DNA of 64,000 bases from Trichoplax sp. H2. Taxonomy: Eukaryota. The translations under genes were made by a program, and so were the position numbers. Location: assembly GCA_003344405.1 (NCBI GenBank), contig NOWV01000277.1, positions 1 to 64,000 on the forward strand, written 5' to 3'. Numbering within the stretch: position 1 is the first letter of the stretch; every line of letters begins with the position of its first letter. Under the pieces are notes generated by a model. That model was not told the DNA's origin. It ran no database searches and was given only the letters and a program-made list of their open reading frames with translations. Below, in pieces: positions 13,696-33,391 of this stretch.

Positions 13696-14420
13696 GGTCA
13701 ACTCCTAGTGCAACATTGAAAATGTTGGATTACAGCTCTAGCGAAACATTTGGAGGCCTGCTTGGCAGTCGAGTTGGCCTGGAAACAGCCGAATTGATAT
13801 CGAGGAGCGTTCGCAGGGTTGTTCTCTGTCCGTCTGGTGTACAGTATCCAAAAAAAAATAAAATACAGTAGTAGGTTGTAACTAAAATTCTATCCAGTAC
13901 AGTATCGTATAGACCGTGTACCGTAGTTCGCGTGCAATCATAGCCTTCTGCCATCTTTTTGGGACTCTGGTCACTTTGCTATTCCAAGCTCAAATGCTCA
14001 AGCCTCAAAGGCTCTCTTTTCGAGCTTGGTGCAACAGTACGGAACTTCGATATCATATGGTTACAAAATGAGATTTTGGTTGGTTATGCTGCTACAGTTT
14101 GTATATTATATAAGCTCACTATGACTTTAACTCATTCTGTTTGACTTTAGTAGCACAGTCCCTTTTAGGCATCCAATATTTGCAGTATGGAAGTCTATAG
14201 AAAGGGAGTTTGGAAAAGGTAAACACAGATCTAGCACATCTTGACCGCAGAGTTTCAAAATAATGTGTCAAGAAGTTTCATCGTAGCTAATTGAGTATTA
14301 TTTATTTTGATAAAATAATACAATGAATTTGGCTCGATATCATTTCACTTTATTTGATGCCAATTTGGCTCTCTACTATGCAACATATCGAGTGTTGAAA
14401 GACTTTCGTCTCGAGATGAT

Positions 14421-14710
14421 AGTACAGTATATCGCAGTGATGGACTGGTTCATGCATCGATGTCCAATGTCATTTTAAACTGCAATACTAAACCGTTTGT
14501 CCACCATGCTATCGTTTACATACAGTACAGACGGTAAGAATAGCGGTTTTATTACGATGGCACCAAAGTAGTACAGTATATGGCAGCGATGGACTAGTTC
14601 ATGCATCGATGTCCAATGCCATTTTAAACTGCAATACTAAACCGTGTGTCCACCATGCTATGGTTTGCACACAGACGGTAAGAATAGCTGTTTTAGTATA
14701 ATGGCCCCAA
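14421..14710. repeat. Tandem duplication, about 149-bp period, 2 copies
   Basis: agtacagtatat(c/g)gcag(t/c)gatggact(g/a)gttcatgcatcgatgtccaatg...gacggtaagaatagc starts at both 14421 and 14570. Confidence 0.9.
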
Positions 14711-14924
14711 CGTTTCTGTAGAGAAGCGAGCGCTCTCTAGCACCAATGTCATCCTCGTGAGTAGAACATGCTACTCCCCATACTGTAAGCGTCTCTAATA
14801 ATGTGGACATTGGACAGCAAGATTAATCTGGCGTAATACTCCATGAAGCATTGCGAAATATTGCAAGACTGCATCATAGTGGATAGAGCAGCCAAGCTAA
14901 AAATAGACAAGAAAGCGTTAGCAC

Positions 14925-15462
14925 AGTACTGTACTGTAGGCTATTGTACTGTACACTGTAGGCCAGATCAGTAAAGTACAGTACAGTACAGTACTGTACG
15001 ATCTTGTGACTCGTACACAGTTACAGTACTGTACGCCAGTTCAGTACAGACGTACAGTGTGAACCAGTTCGAATCAGAGTATTTTAAGGTACCCTAAAAT
15101 CACGAGTGTGAATCCAAATGTAATAAGAATTATACGAATATAAAGCTGAATAAACTTCTCTATCTGTATGTATAGAATTTAAGGCAAATTTTGCAACTTT
15201 ACCACAATTTATTTTGCCTAATAGCACTCTAAATAGAACTGGCTCACACCGTACTGTACAGTACGTACGCCAGTTCAGTACAGTACAGTACTGTACAGTA
15301 CTGTACTGTACTGTACTGTACGATCTTGTCACTCGTACCACAGTGTACAGTACAGCACTGTACAGTACTGTATTGTATTGTACAGTACTGTACACTGTAC
15401 GCCAGCTCAGTACAGTACGATCTTGTCACTCGTACTGTACGGTACTGTACCGTACTGTACTG
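14925..15462. repeat. Mixed-orientation (CAGTA)/(CTGTA)/(CCGTA) pentamer array in the COX11-ACO2 divergent promoter
   Basis: Runs such as gtacagtacagtactgtacagtactgtactgtactgtactgta, plus three copies of cgatcttgt(g/c)actcgtac at about 14999, 15321 and 15418. Confidence 0.9.
15055..15251. mobile_element. Tc1/mariner-like MITE with about 35-bp imperfect TIRs and a TA target-site duplication
   Basis: The left end TA|CAGTGTGAACCAGTTCgaatcagagtattttaagg pairs with the right end cctaatagcactctaaataGAACTGGCTCACACCG|TA. The core is AT-rich and non-coding. Confidence 0.65.
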
Positions 15463-15463
15463 G

Positions 15464-15479
15464 ATTCTGACGTCAGAAT
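15464..15479. promoter_or_regulatory. CRE (TGACGTCA) inside a 16-bp perfect palindrome upstream of ACO2
   Basis: ATTCTGACGTCAGAAT lies about 180 bp upstream of the ACO2 ATG in a locally GC/CpG-rich patch. Confidence 0.45.
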
Positions 15480-15656
15480 GCGGCGTAACAATCAACCCCT
15501 GCGCCGGTTCATAAGCAAGCTGCCGGCCTGACGTATGTTATTCTTGTACAGTGAGTGAGTGTATCCACTACTGTGCGCTGCAGACTTGCTAACAAACAAG
15601 CCCAAGCTACTTCAAATCAACGACGTTTTCCATTAAAGTCAACAACCATTTGCAAC

Positions 15657-21958
<6,302 letters not shown>

Positions 21959-23937
21959 ATTTTGGGTTCATTTATAATGATTAATGATCTTATGTATTTG
22001 TTGTACCTGTTCGTAATCATATCTATCATGATTCGTGACAGTAGAACAAAATTTAATATAAAGCAAGACAATCGTATCTACAACAGTTTAAATAGACTGT
22101 AGGCTAGAAAGCAGAAGCAATTGTGTAAGCTATTGCAGTAGCTTAATTTTCTTGAAGCGTGCGTAGATGGAATTGCTAACTATGTTATGCGGAGACCATA
22201 TTCGTAGTGGCAGTCAGGCTATTACAGTACTACATATAATTCTTGGGTAAAGAGTTGTCTACAAAATTGGTAGTCCTCGCTTACAATTTTAATTTTTTAG
22301 TAATTGTGGTTAATTCTTAGTAATAATGGTAAATCATTGTTATGAAAAGTGGATGCAATCTTGAAGGCTTTTGGTTATAAATATGAATTAAATGAGATTT
22401 CCGTGTTCAATTTGCTTACAACTGTGCTTTATGTTGCGATGCAATGTGTAGATTCTCAAAATCAGTTGATTTAATGTTTTGAAACTTCATCAATTAGAAT
22501 TCAATCGCATATAAATCTATGCTCGAGTATACCATGCTGAACGGTACAGTAGTTCAAAAACCTAGTAAAGAAATAAATCACTTCCAATTCCAATTTTTGA
22601 AATACGGTTTATGGCGCTTCTAATGTTATAAAAAATTTTCTAATCCTTTTGAAGCGATAATGCTCTAGTTGAAGTTTATAGCAGCAATTATGTGATCGAT
22701 TATTCATGGTTAGCAACATTGTGCTAGTTTTAGGATGCCTAATTCTTTTTTCCACACATACAAGAAATAACCTACCAAAAATCGTCTTCACACCTCTTAT
22801 ACAAGTAGTTTCCATCATTGCAAACGCAATACCCAATAACTACGCTACATTACTGAAATCGACTAAATTCCGTCTGGTTATTGATTTCCTTCTGTCTGTA
22901 ATAATTTTCTACTAAAGGAAATAAACTTCTCTATGCTCCTATGTTACTATATTCTAAACCCATGCAATGAAATAGTATCCATACAAGAGGCCATTTAAAA
23001 TAATCATTTGTATTTTATTGTTAATAGAACATTTTTATTTCTATTGATATTGCATTATTAGATAAATGTTACTGTGTAACAGAATAGTAATCTTAGGATA
23101 ATGCCTATTTTACGACATTTAAAATATTAAAAACTTCAATATTTCCTCTTTAGCTATTCATTTTCTAGAAATGTCAATTAACATTAAACTCATTACATGA
23201 TCATTTTAGTACAATATACCATAATTATGTTCACCTCAATGTGGAGGGTATGAAATTTAAAGGGGCATAATCAAAACTCGTTGTATAATTATTTTCTAAT
23301 AAACATATAAGGATCACAGGTCGGGTTATTTGTTAGCGATATCTTAAACATACTATTTTCCCTCTCAATGATTGATGATTATTAGAGAATTGATAAATAT
23401 ACATATTTGATTATTTCCGCTGTTTCATGAAAAGCCTAATTAAGCCAAATAGGCAAAAGATAATCAAACTGCCAGAAAAGGCAATTGTGCTTGTTTGAAA
23501 AGTACGAAGTTAGGGTTTAATCAGAAGATATGAAAGAAATAAAAGGATAAGGTTACTGTTATATCTAACCTGATTTGAGATCAATTTGCATATCTAGATT
23601 CATCTATCCATACGTTTTATCTCTTCTATATATGCGTGGATGGATATACAGTATATTTATGTTCGAAATCTGAGATAATTTGCGTAATTAAAAACCATAT
23701 GAATAATTGCATCTAAATTAATTTGAGATAAACAATACGTACTCGTATAATTACAACTCTCACTTTAAGATATAGTTTAAATCTATGTATAGAATATAAG
23801 TATATTCGTATAGTATTATAATCCAAGTTCATGGTAGAACTTAAAAATAAGTTGCATAAACGGAAATGATGAAATTACTGCTAATCCAATTTAAAGACAA
23901 GCTTTTCCATTTTGTCATTTCCGTTCCGGTATCTTGA

Positions 23938-24657
23938 TTAATTTTTATTTACAACACATTTAGAGGTTGGAGTCTTTCTTCGAGATGGAGCATTGCGCGA
24001 TTCAGCACGCATTTTTTCAATAGGTGTTTGCACCTTAATATGCATAGTCATACTACTACCATTTAAACTAGGTGCTAATCTAGATTGAGTAGCTCGCGAT
24101 TCACAATCTTTCGATGTTAAATCTTTAACGGTAGTAAAATGACCTTTATTATTGCGATTGGCATAATTAGGCCATACATAATAATTCAAATCGTTTAATG
24201 TTAATGCCTTTCTTAGTTTCTTCTTTTTAATCTTGCCCTCATCGACTGGCTGACATTGCTGTTGATTATGAGACATTAAATAGGTACTCATTGGCATCGG
24301 TGGTAAAACACTTTTATTCATTTTCAGCAATTGGCCATCTAGAATCTCTTGTTGTTGCACTCTTGTTAACCGATGGGCATACCAACGACTTAAAGGCCTC
24401 TTTTTACCGAAATATTCTCTTTCACGATAGTAATTTGAATCGCTAGTATCCCGTTGGGTAACGAGTAAATATTCCATACGTCGTTCAAGATCATATTGTT
24501 GATCACTAATATAATCTTGAAGAATTTTATTAGAATCGCGAGGACCATGATGGCTAATAGCATTATTAAAATATTGTAATCGATAAGGTTTTAAATTAAC
24601 ACCTAAAATTTCATCATCGGAAGAAAGAGATTGAACACTTTTACTTGTTTTCAGCAT
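23938..24657 (-). CDS. Orphan 239-aa hydrophilic, basic protein (may be the last exon of a longer gene)
   Basis: A 720-nt ORF is unlikely by chance in very AT-rich DNA. The frame stays open a further ~20 codons upstream of the ATG. No family was recognised. Confidence 0.55.
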   Translation of the reverse strand: MLKTSKSVQSLSSDDEILGVNLKPYRLQYFNNAISHHGPRDSNKILQDYISDQQYDLERRMEYLLVTQRDTSDSNYYREREYFGKKRPLSRWYAHRLTRVQQQEILDGQLLKMNKSVLPPMPMSTYLMSHNQQQCQPVDEGKIKKKKLRKALTLNDLNYYVWPNYANRNNKGHFTTVKDLTSKDCESRATQSRLAPSLNGSSMTMHIKVQTPIEKMRAESRNAPSRRKTPTSKCVVNKN

Positions 24658-26852
24658 TTTCTTAATTTGGATAGACTTGGCAGTCAGTAACGATTGAAGG
24701 ATAAGTGAAATAAAATTATCTCGAGATAATAAAAACGTAAACGCTTTCCTTTTATAGCCTTGAATAATCTGTACCGGCTATTATGGTTGTAGGATCATCG
24801 ATAGGAATCAATAAATATCAATTGTGCTATGTTAAATTATTTTTCTTTTCTTTGATAAACCTAAAATTAAAGCAGGATAAAAATTTAGATATTGGCAATA
24901 ATACTTTTAAATTTTTATTAGTAGTTAATTGGTTACTAAATATTTTGTCTATGGATAAACTATCTGATTGTCTTGTTGACTTTGAAGTTCTTTCTAGAGA
25001 TATTCAAAATTATTATCTTGAAATCGAGACTGATTCAATCAAGTCGTCCGTATCCATTTAGCTTTTAGTATTTGTAAGCAAGATCTTATTATAATTGCTA
25101 AATTTTAGTGAAGCGAAGATGTAGAATATAAAGTAAATAAAGTTTTCCCAGCTAAACTTTAGTCATCACTGCTTTTGAAATGCTCTAATGCCCCATTCTT
25201 GTATTACATTTACTCGATGATGCGATATTTATTCCAACGTATAATTTAATTAACAATATTTATTCTATGTAATCCTCATATCCTCTATACGTAAATTGAC
25301 TTTGCGCAAATATACTATTAATTTTTACGTAGAAAGGTGCGTTAGCAATTTTGCCACCAACTGCAGCTACTATTTTTCGCTTAGTAATTACTGTCAAATA
25401 TATCGGTTATTCTAATGCAAAACAGTAATATGACACCTTAACTTTTGGCCACTTTATGCATAATTCCTATGGGCGAATCAGATGAACTACAGAATGTACA
25501 CTAAGTACCAAGAAAAATTCTATTAATATCTACAATGACAAAATTTGAAGCACTGCTTCATGATTCACTTGCTTAAATAAAGTAAATATCTAAATTAATC
25601 GTCCTTCTGTCTACTTCTGTATGTATTTCCCGATGTTATTAAGTTTTATTTTAAAATAAATTGCAGTAATTGAATTATGAAATAAAAAGTCCTTTGATAA
25701 TATATGATAATTAAAGAAGATAAACTATACTGGAGGAATTTCTAACTTTATGCCACCATCTATCTCTGTACATCATCGAAAAATCATGCCAGATACTTTG
25801 TTCACTTTACTTATGGCTTATGCGAGCACATAATAAAACATTTTCATCGTTTTTCATCAGTAAGCGAATACATTTTTGTGCCTACACTGCTAAAGCTGGT
25901 GTTGTTATCTGTGCAATTCGTATAAGTAAAATTTGATAGATAACTAATAGAAAATTAAAAGGAAGCTTTCATGTCGATCATTATAAATATGATAGTATAG
26001 TGTATTAATATAGAAATTATTCAACTAGCTAGAGTGGCGTTGTCGTATCTACTGGAAATTTTCAAGGTCGGATAGTGAATTAAGTGTACTTAAGGGCAGA
26101 ACATTCTAACGTCGTATAGCAGATTTTTATTATGAATTCATATGTTAGATGGGCAGACTATTAATTATCGTTCAATTGCTAAGCAATTACATAAACCCAA
26201 CATAATTTAGCATTACTGTCATACTATATCCACCATTTTTATCCAGACTTGATCAGCGGAAGATCAAAGTGAATTACTGATGGGCAAAAAAATATTGTGA
26301 ATAAATAAGTTATAGGCAGAAATTCTACTTACTTCTGTAGATAGAAGAAATCTTTTTAGAGATGCATAATATGCGAAGTTGAAGTGGCTATGGTGAGTTA
26401 GATAAAGTGACAAGACAGTGTTGTATAATGTTGCAAGATGAGAAGAAATTAGATCAATATAGTAGCAATTATAATATTGCAAGCGTATTTTTAAAGTTGT
26501 TAAGAATGATTCTGCAGGTCTTGACTCCCAATCACTTCGCTGTATAATGCTTTTCAACGAGACGAAATGGAAATATATAACATTGATGAATAATTTTCCA
26601 AGTCACGAGTCTAATCATTCTAATTCTATCCAGTTGAAATGCTTCAACGAACTGCGTTGTCTTATAATCTACAATAATAATACTATCAATAAATAATGGC
26701 ATCGAGTTAAAATAGAATAAAATCAATTGGTGTATTGTTATGGCGATTTATTAATTTTTTAAACCCAATTGCTTACTATTCCAACACCATTCATCATTTA
26801 CAATTTAATATAAGCCCTTGTATTGATTATCATGCCATGTTGGTAGGCGACA

Positions 26853-26866
26853 GTTGCTATGGAAAC
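26853..26866. promoter_or_regulatory. RFX X-box
   Basis: GTTGCTATGGAAAC matches the palindromic X-box consensus GTTNCYATGGNAAC. Confidence 0.5.
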
Positions 26867-29744
26867 CAAACAATACATCATCAGAAGAGAGACAAACCAT
26901 TAATGCAAATGGCAGGAATAAATAACATCTTATTGCATGATAGACAATCAATTGACGACAATCATAATATTGCCGTTATAGACAGTTTTGTGTTTTATTC
27001 TATAATTGTTAATCGATTAAAATTGGTTTAAGGCAAATTTTCCATATGTTTATACATTTATCAATGCGACTATCGACTAGACATCAGGCATGATGATAAT
27101 ATCAATAGTTTAAATGTTGCTACTTTTCAATACAATTGTAGGCTAGTAGAATATAGACAGAAACAAGTAAGAATAGCTATCATCGTTGGCTATTCACATC
27201 GTCCCGTTGGATAGAACTCTATCCAGATTTTAATCCAATTCTCATAAGCATCAGAGTATACAATTTCTCTTCAATTTTATTCTATGTCTCTATCACGACA
27301 ATGTTATTTGTTTGCGTTAGTGTTAATAGATTCATTTGTAATTACCAATGATTAAGCTCGAATGAAATCATAATAAGTAATCAAATTGCATAACAAGGAA
27401 ATCATTTTACTACTTCGACTACATGATAAGGAGCTGATCATGTCTATTAAAATTATTAGCATTTTATTGGTTAGAAATGCATCGTTTCCTAACGGTTGCA
27501 TAGCTATTTCAATATTGATTCCCACTGTAAAGCTGTTGTGCTAATAATAGTATTAAACCTGTTGCTACAATTAGTACATGTTGGAAGTAATTATTCATTC
27601 TATAATAGCTGTAAAAGTGTTGATATCATACGATAGCCCCTGCTATTAAAGCTGTTTTTTTCTCCATATATTCATTGTTTGACGAATCGAGAATGAATTA
27701 CAGATGATGAATAGATTTTATGACTAATTACTTTATTGATTCGCCATTTATTGTTAATAAATCAAGTCAATTTAGTGCCTATCTTATCATTTTAATAGTA
27801 ATTGATGTATATTATGAAGTTGAGCGTGGTAATTTAGTCAAGCAAAGAATGCCATCCTTAGCCAAAATATCAAATCTAAGGTTTACTGTAACTCCTATCC
27901 AACTGCACTTAGATGTAATAAAAAATAGCGTAACAATTATAGAGTATTAAATTAAAATTATCCTGCTTGCTCAGCTTATTTATTATGATTTATTAGCTGT
28001 TTAACTTCTTATTTTGATATAGTATCAGTAATGTTATAACTCTAAATAATAGATCCATAATCTGTGGGAAATAAGTAGAAGGAAGTCTAAAAAATGGAAT
28101 GTAACATCTTATAGCTTCAATTTGAGTATTAAAACAGTGTAAATATATTAGTTAGCGACGTCAGCGACTTAAGATGATTAAATAAAGGTAAAGAAGATAA
28201 TTTAATTACTTATTTTATCATTAATGCTTGAATATCAATAGAAAACTAATGGTTATTATGACGTCAATATAGACCAAGGTACAATTGTCTTTCATTTTGT
28301 TCTCTTAATTATACTGGAAGTTTATCATCAATAATAAGAAAATTAAAATATTGTAGTACCTAAATCAGCAGTCTAAGTCCATATAAATAGATGATAAACT
28401 TTTACGATAATCATTCGAGTAAAATAGTACTTGTATATTGACTTCTGATGCATATAAAATAACGTTAGAATTATACGCGTACTTCCGGATTACTATATTA
28501 CTTGTTCATACAAATTGATGTATTATTATTCCAACTCATGCTGTTAGCAGTTATGTAATTGTAATTTCATAAATATACCAAAGTTCAGCAATGGTCTAAA
28601 TTAACTTTATATAATATTTTTGGAAAAGTAATGTCTATGATTCTAGTCCGGTATATTTAAGTTAACTATCTTTAATTTTATTCACCTAAACCAATCAGAT
28701 ACAGTAATTTCGCTACATAACATATTGACCTAAAAAATATACTGACAAGATTCTATTCTCTGATTTTACATTTACCACTTTTGTTGTTACATAATGGAGT
28801 GAATGTTTAATTTTAGGTGTCAACAAATTGTTTTTGAATTTAATTTGAACATAATTATTACACCAAGAATATCATGTTTACCGATAATAAAGTAGAAAAG
28901 GTCCGTCATCTTGGCTAGATAGAAACAAATAAATTGAAAAGACATTGATAATATCAGATGACTTGATCAACGATAATTTATATAGGATGCTTATTTTATT
29001 GAATTCGAAAACTTATAATAAATTAAATGATTGTAGTCATCCATGCCTTATTTGTTTATTGTCACAGTATTAGGGTTCACATTTCCCTACTTATTTCATT
29101 GGATCATTATTATTTAGGTTCAAATTGTAGAAATTTAGACTCTAAACCTTGAATTTTGATACGATAAATATATTAAACCATGCGCATTTCTCTCCATTTA
29201 ACGAACAGCTTTAGACTCGTGCTATAGAGAATATAATATGTTGCTGAGTAGATTCGAATAAATTAATTTTCATGGCCTTATCGTGCAGAGACGTTTCTCT
29301 CCCCTTCGATCTGAAAGTCTTACAATAGTACTTTAATTTGATGTCTATAGATTATATTCATCAAATGAACCAGAGATTACTATTGTAATAAATAGCACAT
29401 AAATTATGCACTATTTCCAGCAGTAAATATCCATAAAATATTTTAGCTTACCATTACCGTACTTTAGGATATTATATTATACTATGTGTATACATTTTGA
29501 AATACTTACGTCTTGTTTTAACTTTTAATATAGTTTTAAGTTTAAATTATGAAGGTCATACCATATTTCAGAATAGGTTAATAAAAAATTGCTTTGCTAT
29601 ATAATATGATATAAGTACAATCTTTATAATTTAGCTTCCATTGCAAGTATTTATAACTACACTTCATCACATTGTCTATAGGTAGCATCCTTTAACGATA
29701 CTGGTGGTAATAACACAAACAGAATAGTATGTCTTTCTCGAAAT

Positions 29745-29781
29745 AGTCGATAATAGTAGTTCAAACTCACTATTATCGACT
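29745..29781. repeat. Perfect 13-bp inverted repeat (hairpin)
   Basis: AGTCGATAATAGT-agttcaaactc-ACTATTATCGACT. Confidence 0.8.
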
Positions 29782-31952
29782 GATTTGAATTCAAATATAA
29801 TCATTATATGCGTAATATTTCAAAAAATATAAACATGTATCACGCGCACAGGATTATATGAAATTGTTAATGATGGGTCTGTGATTGGATAATGTAAATT
29901 TTAGAGTCCTGAAGGAGTATTTTTAGTCTAATAGCATTTTTACTCAGTTGGAATGTTCCCATACTAAATGTACACGGCTACTACAGTAATCATATAAAGG
30001 TGCTAATAGTATAAGTAAGTGCCCTAACGATAAGCTATTAGGACATAATCGACCACTAGTTTGGCTATATTTTTCTCCGAATATCAATTAAGTACACTAA
30101 CATTCATTCTTCAACCTGAATATCGATTCTACATTGTGCTTACTTGTTTGCCTACTGAATGATCATGACCTTCCTGACTTGCTTATTCATAAATACGTGA
30201 CAAATATTAGATACTGGAGGTCATCAATAATAATCACCTATTCAGTTTGTCAATTCTATATTGTCTCTAAACTTTATAGCGAACTGAATATTACTTCCAG
30301 TTCATAGCCAGAGGTGATAAACCTTCGGATTTTTATATCTATTCATGCAGATATATTGTTATTGAAGCAATAACAAAAGATGACAAGTGCTAATGGATGA
30401 CTTAGTCATATAATTGCACTATAATTGAATATATAATGAGACTAAGAGGTTTAGTCATAGCACAGCTAATAATTCCCCGATAATAATACTAAAGCTAGCT
30501 TTTATTCCCAAAGCGTAATTGAAAAGATTTGTTGTTCAATGTATAACAGAGCTCAAAAGATTACTCATAGCCCTGTCAGTAATTCCTGGAAAATAACAAC
30601 ATGACTAATTCGATTCATAAGGTTAAAGCAGAATATATTAAGATTTAATCTGCATTTATGCAATTTCTAACTATAACTATAGAACTATCAAGAGATGTAA
30701 ACAGGAACTATTGACCCGCTATCTAATCAATTATTGCAGAATAGTGCAGTATAGGAAGGCTATTAATCATAGCCCGACTATAATCCTTGAAAAGTAATAA
30801 TATGACTATTCAAGTTTATAGCCCTAAAAGATAAAATGTACCGTACTAGTGTTACCGTTAGTTCTAAGAGTTAGCCATTTTCTATAGACAAGTAACTGCT
30901 ATAAGGGATATTAGGTTACTAAAACCGAAGATTATTTATGCAATATCTAGTATCTACTGCAGAATACGCGTACATTAGCAAAGATATTCACAGGCAAGAC
31001 GATTAAGTTATAGTCTAAGATATATTTCTTTAAGGCTAATAATTACTATACCGATATTGTAGATTAGATGATATAAGTATAATGTATCCATTTATTCAAA
31101 TGAAATATTATATGAAGATTGCAAACTTTAAACCGAAGGCAGAAATATTGATCCATTGCTATTAATTGCCGTAAAATATGCAGTGACAAGGCTTTAAGTC
31201 GCAGCTTAATCTATCACATTGCTTTCATTTTTGCAATTAAAATGCCAATAATATTTTGTAAAATTCAACTAATTGAGGCCAGCGTAGAAAAATAAGTGCA
31301 TTCAATGATAAGATCAAGGTATAGCCCTGAGTACTGCGTATAGAATTGTTGTTGCTTATCCCAATATTAGAGCCTAAATAACTAATAAAGTTACCCATAA
31401 TTATAGGCTTAAACTGCAGATTTTGATCATATTGTTGCGTAAACTTCAATTTTCTATTCCAACTTTCAAGATCAGATTATTAATAATTTAATCGTATAAT
31501 GTAGCTAAAAATAACAAAATTAGCAAATCAAAATAGCTGCCTACTTAACCTAAACTCGCTGGCAAATAGTCAATCGTAATGCTGATAAAGCAACTTTACT
31601 AAGATGTAACGTATACATATTCCGTGCGCCTTCGATGTAGTCTATGATTAATTAATTTCCCCTATATAATAGTTCAAGCTATTCTGAGCACCTAATGCTG
31701 ACATTAGGTGGCCTGTCTATCTCTACTTTGATACGGCTGTAAATCATGTCTAATTGTGGTTGGAGTATCAAAATAGCTGAATGAGATGTTGTAAAGTACA
31801 CCGGGTATACCTTAGCATGTTTCATACCCAAAACGATAACATCTCGCTTCAGCCCATTTTTATGTGTATAGTAGAATATTTTGATAATTATCATCACTTG
31901 TTAGCTTGAATTAGCTAACTATAAATATAGCATCACTGCTCTTGTAAAATCG

Positions 31953-32210
31953 AAAATACAGCGAATTTACTCTTTCTATTATGGAACACGTTGATTTCAA
32001 AGTAGCATGATCAACCGTTACATGTATATTTTTCGTACTGTTCACTTCATATTTCCATGAGAGCTTCTATATAATATTGCTACTCTATAAGATCTAAAAT
32101 GCAGCGAATTTAATTCTTTTATTGCGGAACACATTGATTTTAAAGTGGCTTGATTAACCATTAAAAGTGCATTTTTTTCGTTCAGTTTACCTCATTTCTA
32201 TGAGAGCTAC
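31953..32210. repeat. Diverged tandem duplication, about 143-bp period
   Basis: aaaat(a/g)cagcgaattta...ggaacac(g/a)ttgattt(c/t)aaagt...atgagagct starts at about 31953 and 32096. Confidence 0.75.
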
Positions 32211-33072
32211 TATATATATATATAAAACATACGTTATATGTATATATATCATCTTTATGAGACTACCGTGAAAATATCTTTCGCTTCGAGATTAGAGTCT
32301 TCAACCAAACTGATAGATAATATTTTTTACAACAGATAAAGTTGGCAATTACTTTCTTTTAAGACAGAGTATTCTCATTGGAAGGTAATGCAATTAGTAT
32401 TAAATTCAGCATGTAATAATACAAATTACTCCAATTCTGCTACTTTGAAGTAGTAATGCTCCTGTCAAAAAACTAAAAAATTAGTAAACTTTCAACAATT
32501 TAGGCTTTACAAGGAGGGTAATGCTAATATTAGAGCTAAGCATATCAAATAAACGATAAATTATATATAATCTAATTGTTACATTATATGTATTTAAGAA
32601 TGAGGCTAAAATCGCCACAAAAAAATGACAATTTTTAAGTCGATTACGCTATTTTGAAATTGAAATACTCCGTAATGAGACTATCTATTTTTCAAAAGAA
32701 TAAGCTTTACGAGTAAACCAATAGTAGTTATTATGACGAACTGCATCAAACTAATGAAAACCTACCAGTTACCAAAATATTAAGTAATATATTTAGAAAT
32801 GAGATTACTAGAGATAAATTAGTAATTGGAAGTTGCCAAAGTTATGACGTATAATAGTTGATCACGCGGGCTGTTTGATACTGTACCCTCGATTAGACTG
32901 AGCTTGCCCGCTAAAAATGCAGACGGACGGAATCTCTTGAGCTTATAAATACCAAAACTTGATAACAAAGTGGCTTCACGTTGTTATACTGGAACCAATG
33001 TCTGTGATAGATGTATTGTACAGTATACTGTAAGACAAACCACCCATCCCTCGATCATTTGCGCACGCGTGA

Positions 33073-33085
33073 GGATCCTAGCAAC
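33073..33085 (+). promoter_or_regulatory. RFX X-box-like site upstream of DRC3
   Basis: GGATCCTAGCAAC contains the CCTAGCAAC RFX half-site. It sits beside GCGCACGCG, about 310 bp upstream of a motile-cilium gene. Confidence 0.5.
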
Positions 33086-33391
33086 AAGCCTTAGAAACGG
33101 CTGCGGCTTGCAGATTCGAAAAATTCCCCTTGACTGCAATAAATTGCGACTAGTAGTTGTTGACCACTTTAATTCGCTTACAGACAACTCTACTGACTAT
33201 CCAGTAACGCTAAAAGCTGTTATAATACGACAAAACAACCGTTTGAGTCTTAGGAAGCAATTAATAAGACTGTACGTTGCACAATTCATCTCCAACTATA
33301 TCTAATTGCAGAGAAACCGGCCGAAAATAATTGCTGGATTGATTCGTCTATCTCTTTGGTAGTTCAAATAACTTTCATCCATTAAATAGAC

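Noticed and set aside
15084..15531. ORFs rich in STVQY/YCTVL, also seen at 58861-60490
   Set aside because: They are translations of stop-poor CAGTA/TACTG repeats that are open on both strands, not real proteins.
15543..15560. Iron-responsive element upstream of ACO2 (C-N5-CAGTGA)
   Set aside because: The upper stem TTGTA/GTGAG does not pair, and there is no CAGUGN loop near the start codon.
24783..33305. Short 60-110 aa ORFs in the AT-rich interval
   Set aside because: They have low-complexity I/L/F/Y composition, no recognisable motifs and no consistent exon chain.
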